Both the position numbers and the translations under genes were made by a program. Source: Octopus sinensis (taxonomy: Eukaryota). Taken from it: a stretch of DNA of 64,000 bases. Below, piece by piece: positions 24,841-36,541 of this stretch. The notes under the pieces are model-generated. The model made no database searches and was not told the DNA's origin. It saw only the letters and a list, made by a program, of their open reading frames with translations. The DNA is taken from contig NC_043002.1 of the NCBI RefSeq assembly GCF_006345805.1, forward strand, positions 82,956,001 to 83,020,000. The letters run 5' to 3'. The first letter of the stretch is position 1. Every line of letters starts with the position of its first letter.

Positions 24841-25574
24841 TCGCAGGCTCGCGCACGCACGCGCTTGCGCCGGTTCGCGTACGCATACGCTCCGCAGGCA
24901 CCTCGCTCTTGAACCGACGACAGACCTCCCGCCCGTTCCTGGGACCGTCGCGTGTCGTTGGGTTTTCCCACGCCCGCCTCCGCGGGACCACTCTTCCATC
25001 TTCCCCTCAGCTGGAGTCCTTTTTCCTGAACCCCCCCCCCTTTTTCGTTACACACACGCGCACACATATACACACATTGCTTAAATATATACATTACTCT
25101 TACACACATTCAATCTACTCGCCATTTATACCACCACGACACTGGACACACACACACACTACTACTCAACAAACGCTGGCACGCTACATACGCCCCCAAC
25201 CCTTCCCCTCCCTCCCTTCCTCCTTCCTTCTTTTTCTTACTACTGACCTTTGTCTGCTAAGCTGACCACTATCTCGCCCTACCTCACACGCCTACACACA
25301 GACGCACACACTAACACACACATATATATTTTTTTGTTTTTTCATCTCGCCTCACACACACACATACACACACGCACAAGCACCACACTCACACATACAC
25401 ACACATCTGTTGCGTACCAACCTTGTCTCCACTTTTGCCTTTAAAAACCACTTTGCTCTGTTTTCGTAAACATCCGCCTTTCACCATGTGCAACTCGTAA
25501 ACACCAGTCGTCCTTTTTCTCTTTCCTCCTGTGCCCGCTCTGGGATCTTTCTTTCCTCTCTCTTCCTTCTTTAT

Positions 25575-25609
25575 GTTTCCGACGAAGAGCTCCGCTCGAA
25601 ACGTCATAC
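25575..25609 (+). ncRNA. Minimal hammerhead-like motif (U4C)
   Basis: guuu-CCGACGA-a-gagc-ucc-gcuc-GAAA-cg-UC-auac; one mismatch in stem I. Confidence 0.6.
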
Positions 25610-25694
25610 CTCCCTGCTTCCTTTTCCTGAGCGCCTATTAATAATAATACTGTAATTGTTCCATTGTTGTTGTTTTTTTGTTTCCCGTTTGGAT

Positions 25695-25732
<38 letters not shown>

Positions 25733-25904
25733 TACATGTATATGCATACATTTATTGTCTGCAGTCAGTTGTCGTGACTATGACGGCCTTAGACATACAT
25801 ATATGCATACATACATGCATGCATACATATATACATGCATACATACATATATACATGCATACATACATACATACATACATACATACATACAGATATTAAT
25901 TATA

Positions 25905-25949
<45 letters not shown>

Positions 25950-25952
<3 letters not shown>

Positions 25953-26745
25953 AATGTGCCAGCCTGCTCCCTCCAAGATGTATGTTGAACCTTTTATAAC
26001 TGTGAATGGTCAAAGGTTGGAGACTGTACGTAGATTTATTTATTTAGGAAGTACCTTGAGCACTGCTGGTGTTGAGGATGAAGTTTCATACAGAATCAGC
26101 TTGGCTAGTAGTGCTTTTGGTAGGCTTGAAAGGCGACTGTGGAAACAACATAATATATCTTCACAAATAAAAGTTAAGGTATATAACACATGCTGTTGTC
26201 CTATCTGTACTATATGGAAGTGAGGCATCGGTTGTTTATTGTAGGCAGGTAAAGCAATTGGAACGATTTCATCAATACTGTCTGAGAAAAAAGAGTGAAT
26301 GATTTTGCAAAGACGTTTGAAGTGTGTGTGGGGGTACATTTGGTAACGATGAGGAATGAGCGACTGCCCAAGCAGCTATTGTAGCATGAGCTGAAAGATG
26401 GCAGGATACCAGCGCATAAGCCCAAACTAAGGTTTAAGGATTGCCTTAAAAATGCTCTAATACAGACAGGAATTGCAGCTGGTAATTGGGAGAAGGAGGC
26501 ACAAGACCGAGATGGATGGAGGAAGATAGTGCATGATGGTTGTTCAAGGTTTGACTGTAAAGTATGAGAGAAATAGGAGGGGGCTTAGAAGTGGGAAACT
26601 GTGTAAAGTGGGAGAGTGTTGCTTTTTATGTGTGTGATTTGTTGGCGGAGGTGTTTGAGTCGTGCAGGCCTGGTGAACCATGAAAATTCTCATAGAAATC
26701 GACCCATGATAAACAGTGATGTGGCTATTAAAATTCATAACAGGT
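25950..26745 (+). mobile_element. RTE (BovB-like) LINE 3' fragment with terminal C2H2 finger
   Basis: FIYLGSTLS...EV..RI..AS.AFGRL..RLW; RLPKQLL..EL..G.....PKLRFKDCLK; CVICWRRCLSRAGLVNHENSH. Confidence 0.88.
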
Positions 26746-26764
26746 GCACTCACACCTATTTGTA

Positions 26765-26806
<42 letters not shown>

Positions 26807-26811
26807 TCTAA

Positions 26812-27129
26812 AGACTCCACCCTTCATTAGTCCATTACCGAAGGAGTTAACCTGAAGGAGACACAATATACTTACTCAAACAAATGGAGCATTGCAAATC
26901 GAATTTCGCAGAATAATGAGAACAAAATACAATAACATGTTTATTCAAATTTTAGATATTTTTCTCCACATAAATATGAATTTTATTACTTTATATTTCC
27001 ATTTATTTACCCACGCTATTCACCTTCATACTTATATACATAACCATTTGAAAACCTCATAGAACTCAGACTACGTGATACCCAGTTTAAACCTTTCACA
27101 TTTTGAGTTGAAATCCTGGTAAGTGGGTA
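26812..27129. repeat. Repeat of about 315 bp; inverted copy at 30636-30940, partial copy at 32853-33053
   Basis: caaatggagcattgcaaatcgaatttcgcagaataatgagaac...gagttgaaatcctggtaagtgggt and its reverse complement; the third copy adjoins a PLE RT, so probably a PLE terminus. Confidence 0.88.
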
Positions 27130-27411
27130 TATTATGTATGTATGCATGTATGGCTGTAGAAAGTGTATAACATATGCTCTCAAAGTGGGTGCTACCGCCC
27201 CACACGGCCACTGAGACTGTCTATGTGGGCGCTTGTGCCTTAGGAAGTGGTGGCAGCAGTAGAGAAAAAGAAAGCATTGGAAGGAAGGGGGACGCTATGA
27301 ATTTATTACATTATTATAGTATTGTATACTAATTATATAATATATAAAATATATATTAAATATCAAATGATTCATAGGATATATAAATTAGTAAAATATA
27401 ATATAATATAT

Positions 27412-29036
27412 CATCATTATCATCATCATCATCGTTTAACATCCATTTTCCATGCTAGCATTGGTTGGACAGTTCGACTGGGCTCTGGGAAGCCAGGAGG
27501 CTGCACCAGACTCCAGTCTAATCTGGCAGTGTTTCTACAGCTTGATGCCCTTCCTAACCCCAACCACTCCGTGAGTGTAATGGGTGCTTTTTATGTGCCA
27601 CTGGCACAGGTGCCACAATCGGTTGGTGCTTTTTACATGCCACTGGCACAGAAGCCAGTCAAGGTGGGACTGGCATTCACCATGTTCGGATGGTGCTTTT
27701 TATGTGCCACTGGCACAGGTATCACAACTACAATTTCCATTTGATATTTATTTTGATGTTGATGTACTTGACTTAGTAGGTCTCCTCAACCACAGCAGGT
27801 CACCCTATGATCCAAGGTAAGCATAGCAGGTCATTCTGCAATCCAAGGTACTTTGGATGGGCTGGGGCTATGTGAAACTGGTGCAGGAAGCAGCCTTGAA
27901 CTCACATTATTTGTTGGGTCTTTGCAGTCACAGCATATCTCCAGAGATCTCAGTCTTTCATCATTGCCTCTGTGAGGCCCAACGTTTGAAGGTCATGCTT
28001 GACTACTTCATCCCATGTCTTCCTGGGTCTACCTCTCCCCTGGATACCTTCAACTGTTTGGGAGTGGCACTTCTTCACACATCTCTCCTCATCCATCCGC
28101 AGTACATCACCATACCATCGCAAGCGTTGCTCTTGCACACCACATCTGATGCTTCTTAAGTCCAGCATTTCTCTCAGGGTGCTTACACTCTGTCGTGTGT
28201 GCACACTGACATTACACATCCAGCGGACCATGCTAGCTTAATTTCTTTTAAGTCTTCGCAAGTCCTCTACCGTGAAGTGTGGCAGTTCGCACACATGCAT
28301 CATACAATCTACCTTTCATTCTGAGCGAGAGACCCTTTGTCACCAGTAGGGGTATGAGCTTTCTAAACTTTGCCCAGGCTATTCATATTCTAATGGTGAC
28401 ACTCTCTGAGCATCCACCTCTACTACTAACTTTGTCACGTAGGTAGCGGAAACTATCAACTACTTCTAGTTTCTCCCCCTGGAGTGTGATTGAATCTGTT
28501 TTCTGAGTATCTGTGGTGTCTATTGCCCCTGTGCATCTGCCGCACATGAAAGCTATCTTCTCGGTTAATTTTCCTTTGATGTTGCTGCACCTCTTATGCG
28601 TCCATAGCTTACACTGGGTACATCTTATGGAGTTTCTACCTATACCTTTTCTACAGATCGAGCAGGGTCACTTGCCCGAGGGGGTGTGTGATGAGTTCAC
28701 CTTTCTGCTTACTATAACTTTGGTCTTTGCTACATTTACTCTAAGGCCCTTTGATTCTAAAACTAGCTTCCACACCCGAAATTTCTTTTCTAGTTCCGGT
28801 AGTGATTCTGCTATGAGGGCCAGGTCATCAGCATAGAAGAGCTCCCAAGGGCAACCCTTCTTGAATTCCTCTGTTATTGCCTGAAGGACTATGATGAATA
28901 GAAGGGGACTAAGAGCTGAACCTTGGTGGACCCCTACTTCTACCTGGAATTCTTCACTATACTCATTGCCAATCCTAACCTTACTAATGGCCTCTCTGTA
29001 TAGGGCCTGTACAGCCCTTATCAACCATTTGTCAAT
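27412..29036 (-). mobile_element. RTE-clade LINE, 5'-truncated, with PHD-like finger after the RT
   Basis: VGVHQGSALSPLLF, PWELFYADDL, PCSICRKGIGRNSIRCTQCKLWTHKRC, RLRWYG.V.R, GRGRPRKTW motifs; 3' UTR and (GAT)n tail. Confidence 0.93.
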
Positions 29037-29234
29037 ACGATATAATATATATACGTATATATATATGTATGTATATATATATGTATATATCTATATATAT
29101 GTATGTATATATGTATATGTATGTATATATTGACATGTCAACAAGCTATAAATGTGTTGTTTGTGTCGTTCTTGAACAAACAAACAAACAAGAAAGACAG
29201 GCAGACAAACACATATACAGAAATGTATATATAT

Positions 29235-29290
<56 letters not shown>

Positions 29291-29569
29291 TATGTACCTG
29301 CATTTGTAACAAAAGAAAACATCAGTATTAGATATGAAGGGTTGGCCTAATGCAAAGATTTCAAATACCTAAACATCTTAGGTAACGCATGACTGGACCT
29401 GGAATGAGCAGAGATAGTAGTTGAGAGGCTGTGGAAAAATAAGCATGTTTCTATATGTGTCAAATGTAAGGTATAGCAGGCTATAGGGCTTTCTTCCCTG
29501 TCGTATGGAGTCGAAATCTGGACAGTCCATAAAGCTTTACTTACGAATAAATGTGAAGAAAGTTAGACA

Positions 29570-30062
29570 GCAATATTCACTAAACTGAAAGAGCTAGAGC
29601 CTTTGCCAGATCCTAGCTCCATCTTAACAGACTTTTGAAATTGCTTCAAGAAATGCAATGACACATTGCCACACTCAAGCATAGCAGGATGCTTCTTCCA
29701 TTTAGGACAGAGCATATGGAGAAAGATTACCAATGAGGCTCTAAGAGAAAGATATGTTAATAAAGAAAATGTTTGAATGCTAATCAAAATGGTGATTAGC
29801 AAAACATTTCTCTGTACAGATGATGTCATAGCAGGGTTTCAAACCATACGTGAATTAGAAAATTATGATGAAGGTTTAGACATTATTTTCGATTATTTTA
29901 AAGATAACTATATTGGCTGCCCATTGGCAAACAACAGTAGAAGAAAACCAAAATTTCCAAAATCATTGTGGAACGTTTTTAGAAGGCTTCATATTGATAT
30001 CCCGCAGACAAATAATGCCATAGAAGAGCGGCACAATGCTTTCCAAGGCAATCTAGCTTGCA
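29570..30062 (+). mobile_element. Mutator/MULE transposase remnant
   Basis: ILTDF, GCFFHLGQSIWRKI, DYF.DNYIG, P.FP..LWN and TNNAIE..HN motifs, with stops. Confidence 0.85.
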
Positions 30063-30109
30063 GACAGGTTGCATGCATATATGATGAGACAGGAGCAATG
30101 AGACAAGAT

Positions 30110-30400
30110 CAGGAATGAAGAGATCCTACAGCGTGCTGGTCGCTTCCTATGATGGAAATCCTCAATGATAGAAATTTACGTTTGTTGGATCGTGTACATG
30201 GGATGGACAAGAACAAACTCCCAAAATAAATCCTCTACACCCAGCTATGCAATGGGAAAAGAAACCATAGAACATCTAGACTGAGATTCAAAGATACACC
30301 AAAAAAAGGGACATGAAGTGGAAAGGTATTGATCATAATAAATGACAAAATCAAGCGAAAAACTGACCAGAATGGAGAAAATTTATCAAGTCATGCCAAA
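30110..30400 (+). mobile_element. RTE LINE 3' fragment (degraded)
   Basis: RNLRLLDRVHGMDKNKLPK*ILYTQLCNGKRN....RLRFKD. Confidence 0.7.
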
Positions 30401-30635
30401 GCCATGAAGTCATATAGTCATAGTCGCCACAACTGACCGCAGATAATATATGTATGCATATACATGTATGTGTGTGTGTGTGTGTATATATATATGCACA
30501 TACACACACACACAAAGGCCAAGATCTATAGTAAAAGACACTTGTATAAAATACCGCACAATGGCATTGATACCAAAACAATATGGATCCAAAGCAAATT
30601 TCTAGAACACACAGCCATACACACACACCCATCCC

Positions 30636-30940
30636 ACCCACTTACCAGGATTTCAACTCAAAATGTGAATGGTTTAAACTGAGTATCACGTAGTCTGAGT
30701 TCTTTGAGGTGTTCTAATGATTATGGATATAAGTATGAAGGCGAATAGCGTGGGTAAATAAATGGAAATATAAAGTAATAAAATTCATATCTATGTGGAG
30801 AAAAATATCTAAAATTTGAATAAACATGTTATTGTATTTTGTTCTCATTATTCTGCGAAATTCGATTTGCAATGCTCCATTTGCTTGAGTAAGTATATTG
30901 TGCCTCCTTCGATAATGGACTAATGAAGAGTGGAGGCTTT
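30636..30940. repeat. Inverted copy of 26812-27129
   Basis: Direct reverse-complement match. Confidence 0.88.
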
Positions 30941-31955
30941 ATACATACATACATATACACACAAATGTATGTTTGTGTGTGTGTGAATATATATGAATAT
31001 ACACATTTTGTTTTACCCCTGACTAGGTAACCAGGTATCTCCTTCACATCAGCACACTTGTTTCTTTCCTCTTTCTTGTGCCCCTCTCTCTATCTCTATC
31101 TTGCTTGCTTGCTTCTCTCTCTCTCTTGCTGGGTAACCATGTACCTCCTCTATAGCAAGACACCTATTTCTACTTCTCTATTTATCACACTCTAACTTTT
31201 CATCTGACACCAGATCACATCCACCAATGCCCCCACCATTATAGCAAGACACCTGTTTCTGCCTCTCTAACACAAGTCCCCCCCCCTCAAATGTCCCTGC
31301 CCCTCTCATAATTCCTTGTCTTGCGAGTTAGTTGGTGATCCTGCCAGTGTTGGTGCTACGTAAAAAGCATCCAATCCACACTGTAAAGTGGTCAGTATTC
31401 AGAAGGGCATCCAGCTGTAAAAATCATGCCAAAACTAACTTCATCTGTGCTAGTGCCATGTAAAAAGCACTAAGTCCACTCCGCAAAGTGGTTGATGTTA
31501 AGAAAGACATCCAACCATAAAAACCATGCTTAAAACACACACAATAACTTGGGGTAGTTTTGCTACCTGGCAGGCTCCTCTCAACCGTCCTATCCATGCA
31601 TGCTTGGAAGACGGACGTTAAACAATGATGATGATGCTTTATATATATATATCATCATCATCATCATCATTTAGCGTCCGCTTTCCATGCTAGCATGGGT
31701 TGGACGGTTTAACTGGGGTCTGTGAAGCCAGAAGGCTGCATCAGGTCCAGTTTGAACTGGCAGTGTTTCTACGGCTGGATGCCCTTCCTAACGCTAAATA
31801 TATATATATATATATATATTAGAAGAAATGAGGTACTCAGAAGATCGGATGGTTTATATTTACAGATATTTATTTATATTACATTTTTTATATATATATC
31901 ATATCACTTAGATCATTAGCGCTTTCTCCCATTCTAGTGGGGTTTTCAAATCAAA

Positions 31956-32019
<64 letters not shown>

Positions 32020-32199
32020 CCAAAGGAATTCCAACTCTGTCTGTTTTTTATATTCTTTATAATATTAATGTAGAATATAGAATATATAGTATAAATAATA
32101 TATATAGTAAAATGAAATGCAGTATTGATTATCTTATTGAATAGATGAAATATTGAATATCAAATATTAAGGGACTAGTATACTTTCTTGCATTAAAGC

Positions 32200-32850
32200 A
32201 GTCTTCAAGGTCCCAGGTTGTGACTGGAGTGTTTCAACTGTGGTTGACTGGCTGTCTTTTGTCCTGGCTATTTTTAGAAATGATGCCAAACCATTTTCCA
32301 ATGTTTATTTTTAGAAATGATGACAGCAGTACTTTTAGAGATTTTTTGTGTTTTAGTTATAGGGATAAGATTTTTAAACCCCAAATAAGATTAATTTAAT
32401 CATTGTTTGTTAAGCTTGGGTTTGAATTTCTGAATAAAGTCCTTTTCTCTCAGTGTGTATCTGTGTGTTTATAATATATATCTGTGGTAATGGCGGTGTT
32501 CTTTTTAATCACCATTATATCTAGGAATGGTAATTTGGTACTGCTCATCTCCTTTGTAAATTGGATAGATGGGTGTAGGTTGTTCAGGAGGATGTTGAAT
32601 TCTTCCACAATGTTTTGAGTTTTTTCCAGATTATGAAGCAATCATTGAGGTATCTCTTCAATGCTTTTTCAATATACTTCCTAAATTCAGTGCTGTATCT
32701 CTCCTCTATTTCCTGGTAGAGTTTTTGCTCTAAGTATCCCATCACCGAGTTCGCATAAACGGGAACAAACCTCGTTCCCATAGCTGTCCCTTTAATTTAG
32801 ATGTAGTTCTTTCCATTGAAGAAGAAAGTATTGTTTTCCAGAATAAGTCT
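32200..32850 (-). mobile_element. Penelope-like RT fragment
   Basis: GTAMGTRFVPVYAN..MGYLE, RYLNDCFIIW, LHPSIQFT.E....LPFLDI, TDIYYK.TDTH motifs. Confidence 0.9.
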
Positions 32851-33104
32851 ATGTTCTATGAGGTGTTCTAATGATTATATATATAAGTATGAAGGCAAAT
32901 AGCGTGGGTGAATAAATGGAAATATAAAGTAATAAAATTCATATTTATGTGGAGAAAAATATCTAAAATTACTGTAAACATTTTATTGTATTTAATTATC
33001 ATTATTCAACAAAATTCTAGTTGCAATGCTCCATTTGCTTAAGTATATATTGTATATTTTGTATCACATCTAAACTAACTATGACTTAACTTTCCTCTCA
33101 CACC

Positions 33105-33152
33105 GTCTCCGATGAAGGGATATTATTAATATCCTTGAAACAGCTGTAAGAC
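33105..33152 (+). ncRNA. Type I minimal hammerhead ribozyme (U4C core variant)
   Basis: gucu-CCGAUGA-agggauauu-auu-aauauccuu-GAAA-cagcug-UA-agac. Confidence 0.78.
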
Positions 33153-33220
33153 ATCTATAAATGCTCTAATATCTATACAGCCTTGTTTTTTTTATCGTAT
33201 TACGCAAAAAATTCTTATAT

Positions 33221-33258
<38 letters not shown>

Positions 33259-33894
33259 ATCAATATTTTATTCTCTTCTCAGTTTCTGTTCTAACTTCAT
33301 TATCCAATACTTACCTAGAATATCGTCCCCCTCCCTGATTCCGAATTTCTCTCTTGTATACACTTTCTCTGCAGCTATCGACTGGCAACATTAACCGCAT
33401 CAGTGTCCATTAGTTGAGCCCTTTTCTCTAGAGGAAACTAGTAAAAACAAAACGAAACGTTTTCTGTGTAGTCAATTTTCTGTTGAATAAATGCAATCTC
33501 TCAGCCCCCGCTCCCTTGTTTGCTTGTTTCTATCTCTGTCTCGCCTTCTCTGTTTGTGACACTCATTTTTCCAGCCAACTGGTGTCAGATACAAAAATCT
33601 ATAAATTCCACTGATGACGATATAAGTCAACAGTACTGCGATAAAAACGAACTTTTCTTAAAGCTTGCCACTCTAATTGATTAACTAAAATGAATTTCTA
33701 GCAAATGAAAAATAACAATAAAAGCTCGGCCAAGTAAACTTTTACTCAACTGTTTGAAAAAATAAAATCCTTTCTCGTTGAAAACATTCATTGTTTATTG
33801 ATTCTCTTTTAGAACTAAGCACAGCCGCCACTCGTAAGCGAGTGCGACTCAGGTAACATATCCTCTCAGTCCTCCCATTGTTGATCCGTCGGAA

Positions 33895-34170
33895 TTACTT
33901 TAATGCTACTTACCGGTACTCCGTCGGTTACGACGACGAGGGTTCCAGTTGAACCCATTAACAGAACAGCTTTTTAAAAACGTGTCAGTTACATGGAGAG
34001 ACGGCTGTACCAGTATTAAGCTGGTACTCATTTTCAACTGAGTAGATTGGAGCAACTTGAGAGGAAATACACCTTTCTCAAAACCACAACGCACCACTCA
34101 GTCCAAGAATGGAACTCATAATCTGTGGCCGTGAGCTCAAATACTTTAACCACTCGGTCAGGCGCCTTCG
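33895..34170 (-). mobile_element. tRNA-derived CORE-like SINE just upstream of the last CWF19L2 exon
   Basis: Minus-strand head gaaggcgcctgaccgagtggttaaag..., with core ttgctccaatctactcagttgaaaatgagtacc. Confidence 0.65.
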
Positions 34171-34284
34171 CAAAATACCATAACCGCCACACTCGCATGC
34201 CAGTCTGATCTGTATGTATACTCAATTTTATTTTCTAAGTATTTTAATAACGTCTGTTGTTTGTTCTCTACTTTTCTAATACAG

Positions 34285-34440
34285 GAAATTATTGGAGGTA
34301 TGATTGACGCGGATCCTTATCTTTTCCGTAAAGGCCGAAATGAGAAATTTGAAGTTCAGCGACAGAAAGTTTTGAAGTTTTCAAGTTGGTGGAAACCTTA
34401 CGACTTTACTTCTAATCAAGAATATAAAGATTCGCCATGA
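34285..34440 (+). CDS. CWF19L2: CWF19-like protein 2, last coding exon
   Basis: atacag| acceptor. Encodes EIIGGMIDADPYLFRKGRNEKFEVQRQKVLKFSSWWKPYDFTSNQEYKDSP* and continues FGK|EIIGGM in frame; WKPYDFT is the typical family C-terminus. Confidence 0.95.
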   Translation, partial: EIIGGMIDADPYLFRKGRNEKFEVQRQKVLKFSSWWKPYDFTSNQEYKDSP

Positions 34441-35575
34441 AACTGGACAAAATTTCACCAAGAAATGTATATATCTTTTTCAATTTTATAGAATGAAAGC
34501 CATTCTTTTATTTGGGTTCGGTCCCATTGTATTGTATCTTATTTTTCTGGCCATAGCCCCATACAGACCAGTGTTTTGTGAGTGAATTTGGTAAACGGAA
34601 GTTGTACAAGGTTTGTCGTATGCATGTGTTTACTTGGATTCTGTACTGGTATGGAAACGGACGGGACTCTGTTGCCACCTTCCTTAAATCATCCGGTAAC
34701 ACTGCACGTTCGAAGATAAGTGGGATGAAAACTCCCTTACTTGAAATACAAGTAAGGGTTAGCAGTGGAAAGAGCACGAGGCTGTATAAAAACAAAAAAT
34801 ACAAGCATCCCAAAATGGACGTTAAGCGGAAGAAGAAACGAAATGTCTGTCTGCAAAGAAAAAAGCCCCATGATCTTCTTGCAGGGCTTTCCCAGATTGA
34901 TTGGAGGGACCAAATTATTCTCAAATTGGAGACTGCACTGTTGTAGACATTCAGGCTGAGTTGTTCGATCAACAGTCATCTGCTCAATATTTCTAACAGA
35001 CAGCAGTATTCCAAATATACTCTGCAAAATGTCAAATTATGTTTTTCTTTTTTTTAAAGACAACTGGTTGAACAATTAGCAAATATAAACATCTAACCAT
35101 CCTGTTTCTCTGCCCGCTGTTCCTGAAAAGGTCATGGGGGTGGGGGTAGAGTCCTTAGACACCACTTCGTACTAGAAGCAACCGTCATACTTTCCGGGTG
35201 GCTTCCAAATGAGACTAGCTATTATTCAAGCTGCTCATTCTTTGTCTACTAAGTCTCTTACCGGTTATCTCGGCTTGAATCATTCTAATCACATGTCTGT
35301 AATACCGGAGCCATAACCTCTAAATGCAGAGAGGTAGCTACCCGACCTGGAGAGATTACCTAACCTCCGAGTTACATACGCTGTCGAGTAGCGTTACTCC
35401 AGAGGCCTTTCGGAGGACCGAACGTACTCTTTCGTTTAGTATTTAACAAGTGATAGTATAATTTAGAAAAAAACAAACAAACCAAAAACTGAAATGTTTA
35501 TTTCTAACGATTTATTATGATTTCAAATTTGTAATGAAGTCAGCAAATTTAAGAACATATCTTTGTTGATTATAA

Positions 35576-35581
35576 AATAAA
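35576..35581 (+). terminator. Candidate poly(A) signal for CWF19L2
   Basis: First AATAAA I found downstream of the stop codon, about 1.1 kb away. Confidence 0.35.
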
Positions 35582-35906
35582 ATATAACACTCACGGAGTA
35601 TGAGAAATGGTTTCGTAAGTATGTACTTGCATCTTAGCAAAGAGATATTCAAAGCGTGTATTTATTTTGTAAATTTTGTATGGAAACCATAAATATATAT
35701 AAATGATTTTCCGTTTGATATTTATACATTCATACTTAAATCAGAAGTTCAAGCTTCAACAGTTTATTAAATCAATTTTCGAAGCCTGTTCACGCTTAGA
35801 TAAGCCAAAAGTTGCATATTACTGTAAGATTTAATTTCTCTTTCAAAATCAGTTAAAATGTTCTAGTTATTTAAAGACACTTTTCACTGTTGCATGCCAG
35901 AAACAG

Positions 35907-35951
35907 TTTATTAAAAGAAAAATTATGTAGAATGATCGATTTCACTTTATT
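35907..35951 (-). terminator. Candidate poly(A) signals for DUOXA
   Basis: AATAAA on the minus strand at 35946-35951 and 35907-35912, about 0.6 kb past the stop. Confidence 0.3.
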
Positions 35952-36541
35952 TAATTTGCAGAAGATATTATCCAGAAACAAGATTGTTTTATATTTCTAT
36001 TACAACACAATGAGGGGCGCAAAGTCGACCTCGGCGCTATTTGAACTTAGGGTTTCTTTCAGTGTTTTTTTACGATCCAGGAGATTGACTAATGATTCTG
36101 CCACCTTGCCGTCTTCCAAGAATAAAATTAACACGCGTATCGAGGCTAGATGCATTCAAACTGAAACTTACCGTTTTTTGTTTTTGTTTTGGATATACTC
36201 ATATATGAAGCTTCTTAACGAGCCAGTAAATAGTAATACAAGAAATTACTGAAAGATAAGGCGTTCAAATTTAAAAAAAAAATAAAAAAATTTTGAAATG
36301 GTATGAATTCTCAGATCATATTTTAAAAACATTCTAGTAAAACCTAGAAAGGCAATTACTCTTTAATACCATATTGGTCTTCAAAACAAACTAAAATTAT
36401 ATTAACAGGTTGGAAAACTATGTTTTGTATAATTTGTTTTTGAAGGAAGATGGAAGCCAATAGTCCTTACTGGTTCCTTGAATTATAATTTTGAGATTTA
36501 GTGATTTTGTACGAAGTTTTCGAAATAAAGCAATTACATTT

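Noticed and set aside
23238-25265. 675-aa His/Thr-rich ORF and overlapping long ORFs
   Set aside because: Translation of (TA)n/(CA)n microsatellite, which lacks stops in several frames; no domain or splice support.
33611-33650. CTGATGA boxes at 33611 and 2565 as further hammerheads or C/D snoRNA boxes
   Set aside because: No paired stem II with a GAAA box and closing stem I; no terminal stem or D box arrangement.
34508-35027. Overlapping 122-aa (+) and 154-aa (-) ORFs after the CWF19L2 stop
   Set aside because: Non-ATG starts, no recognisable motif, in the probable 3' UTR; a small ORF cannot be excluded without ribosome profiling.
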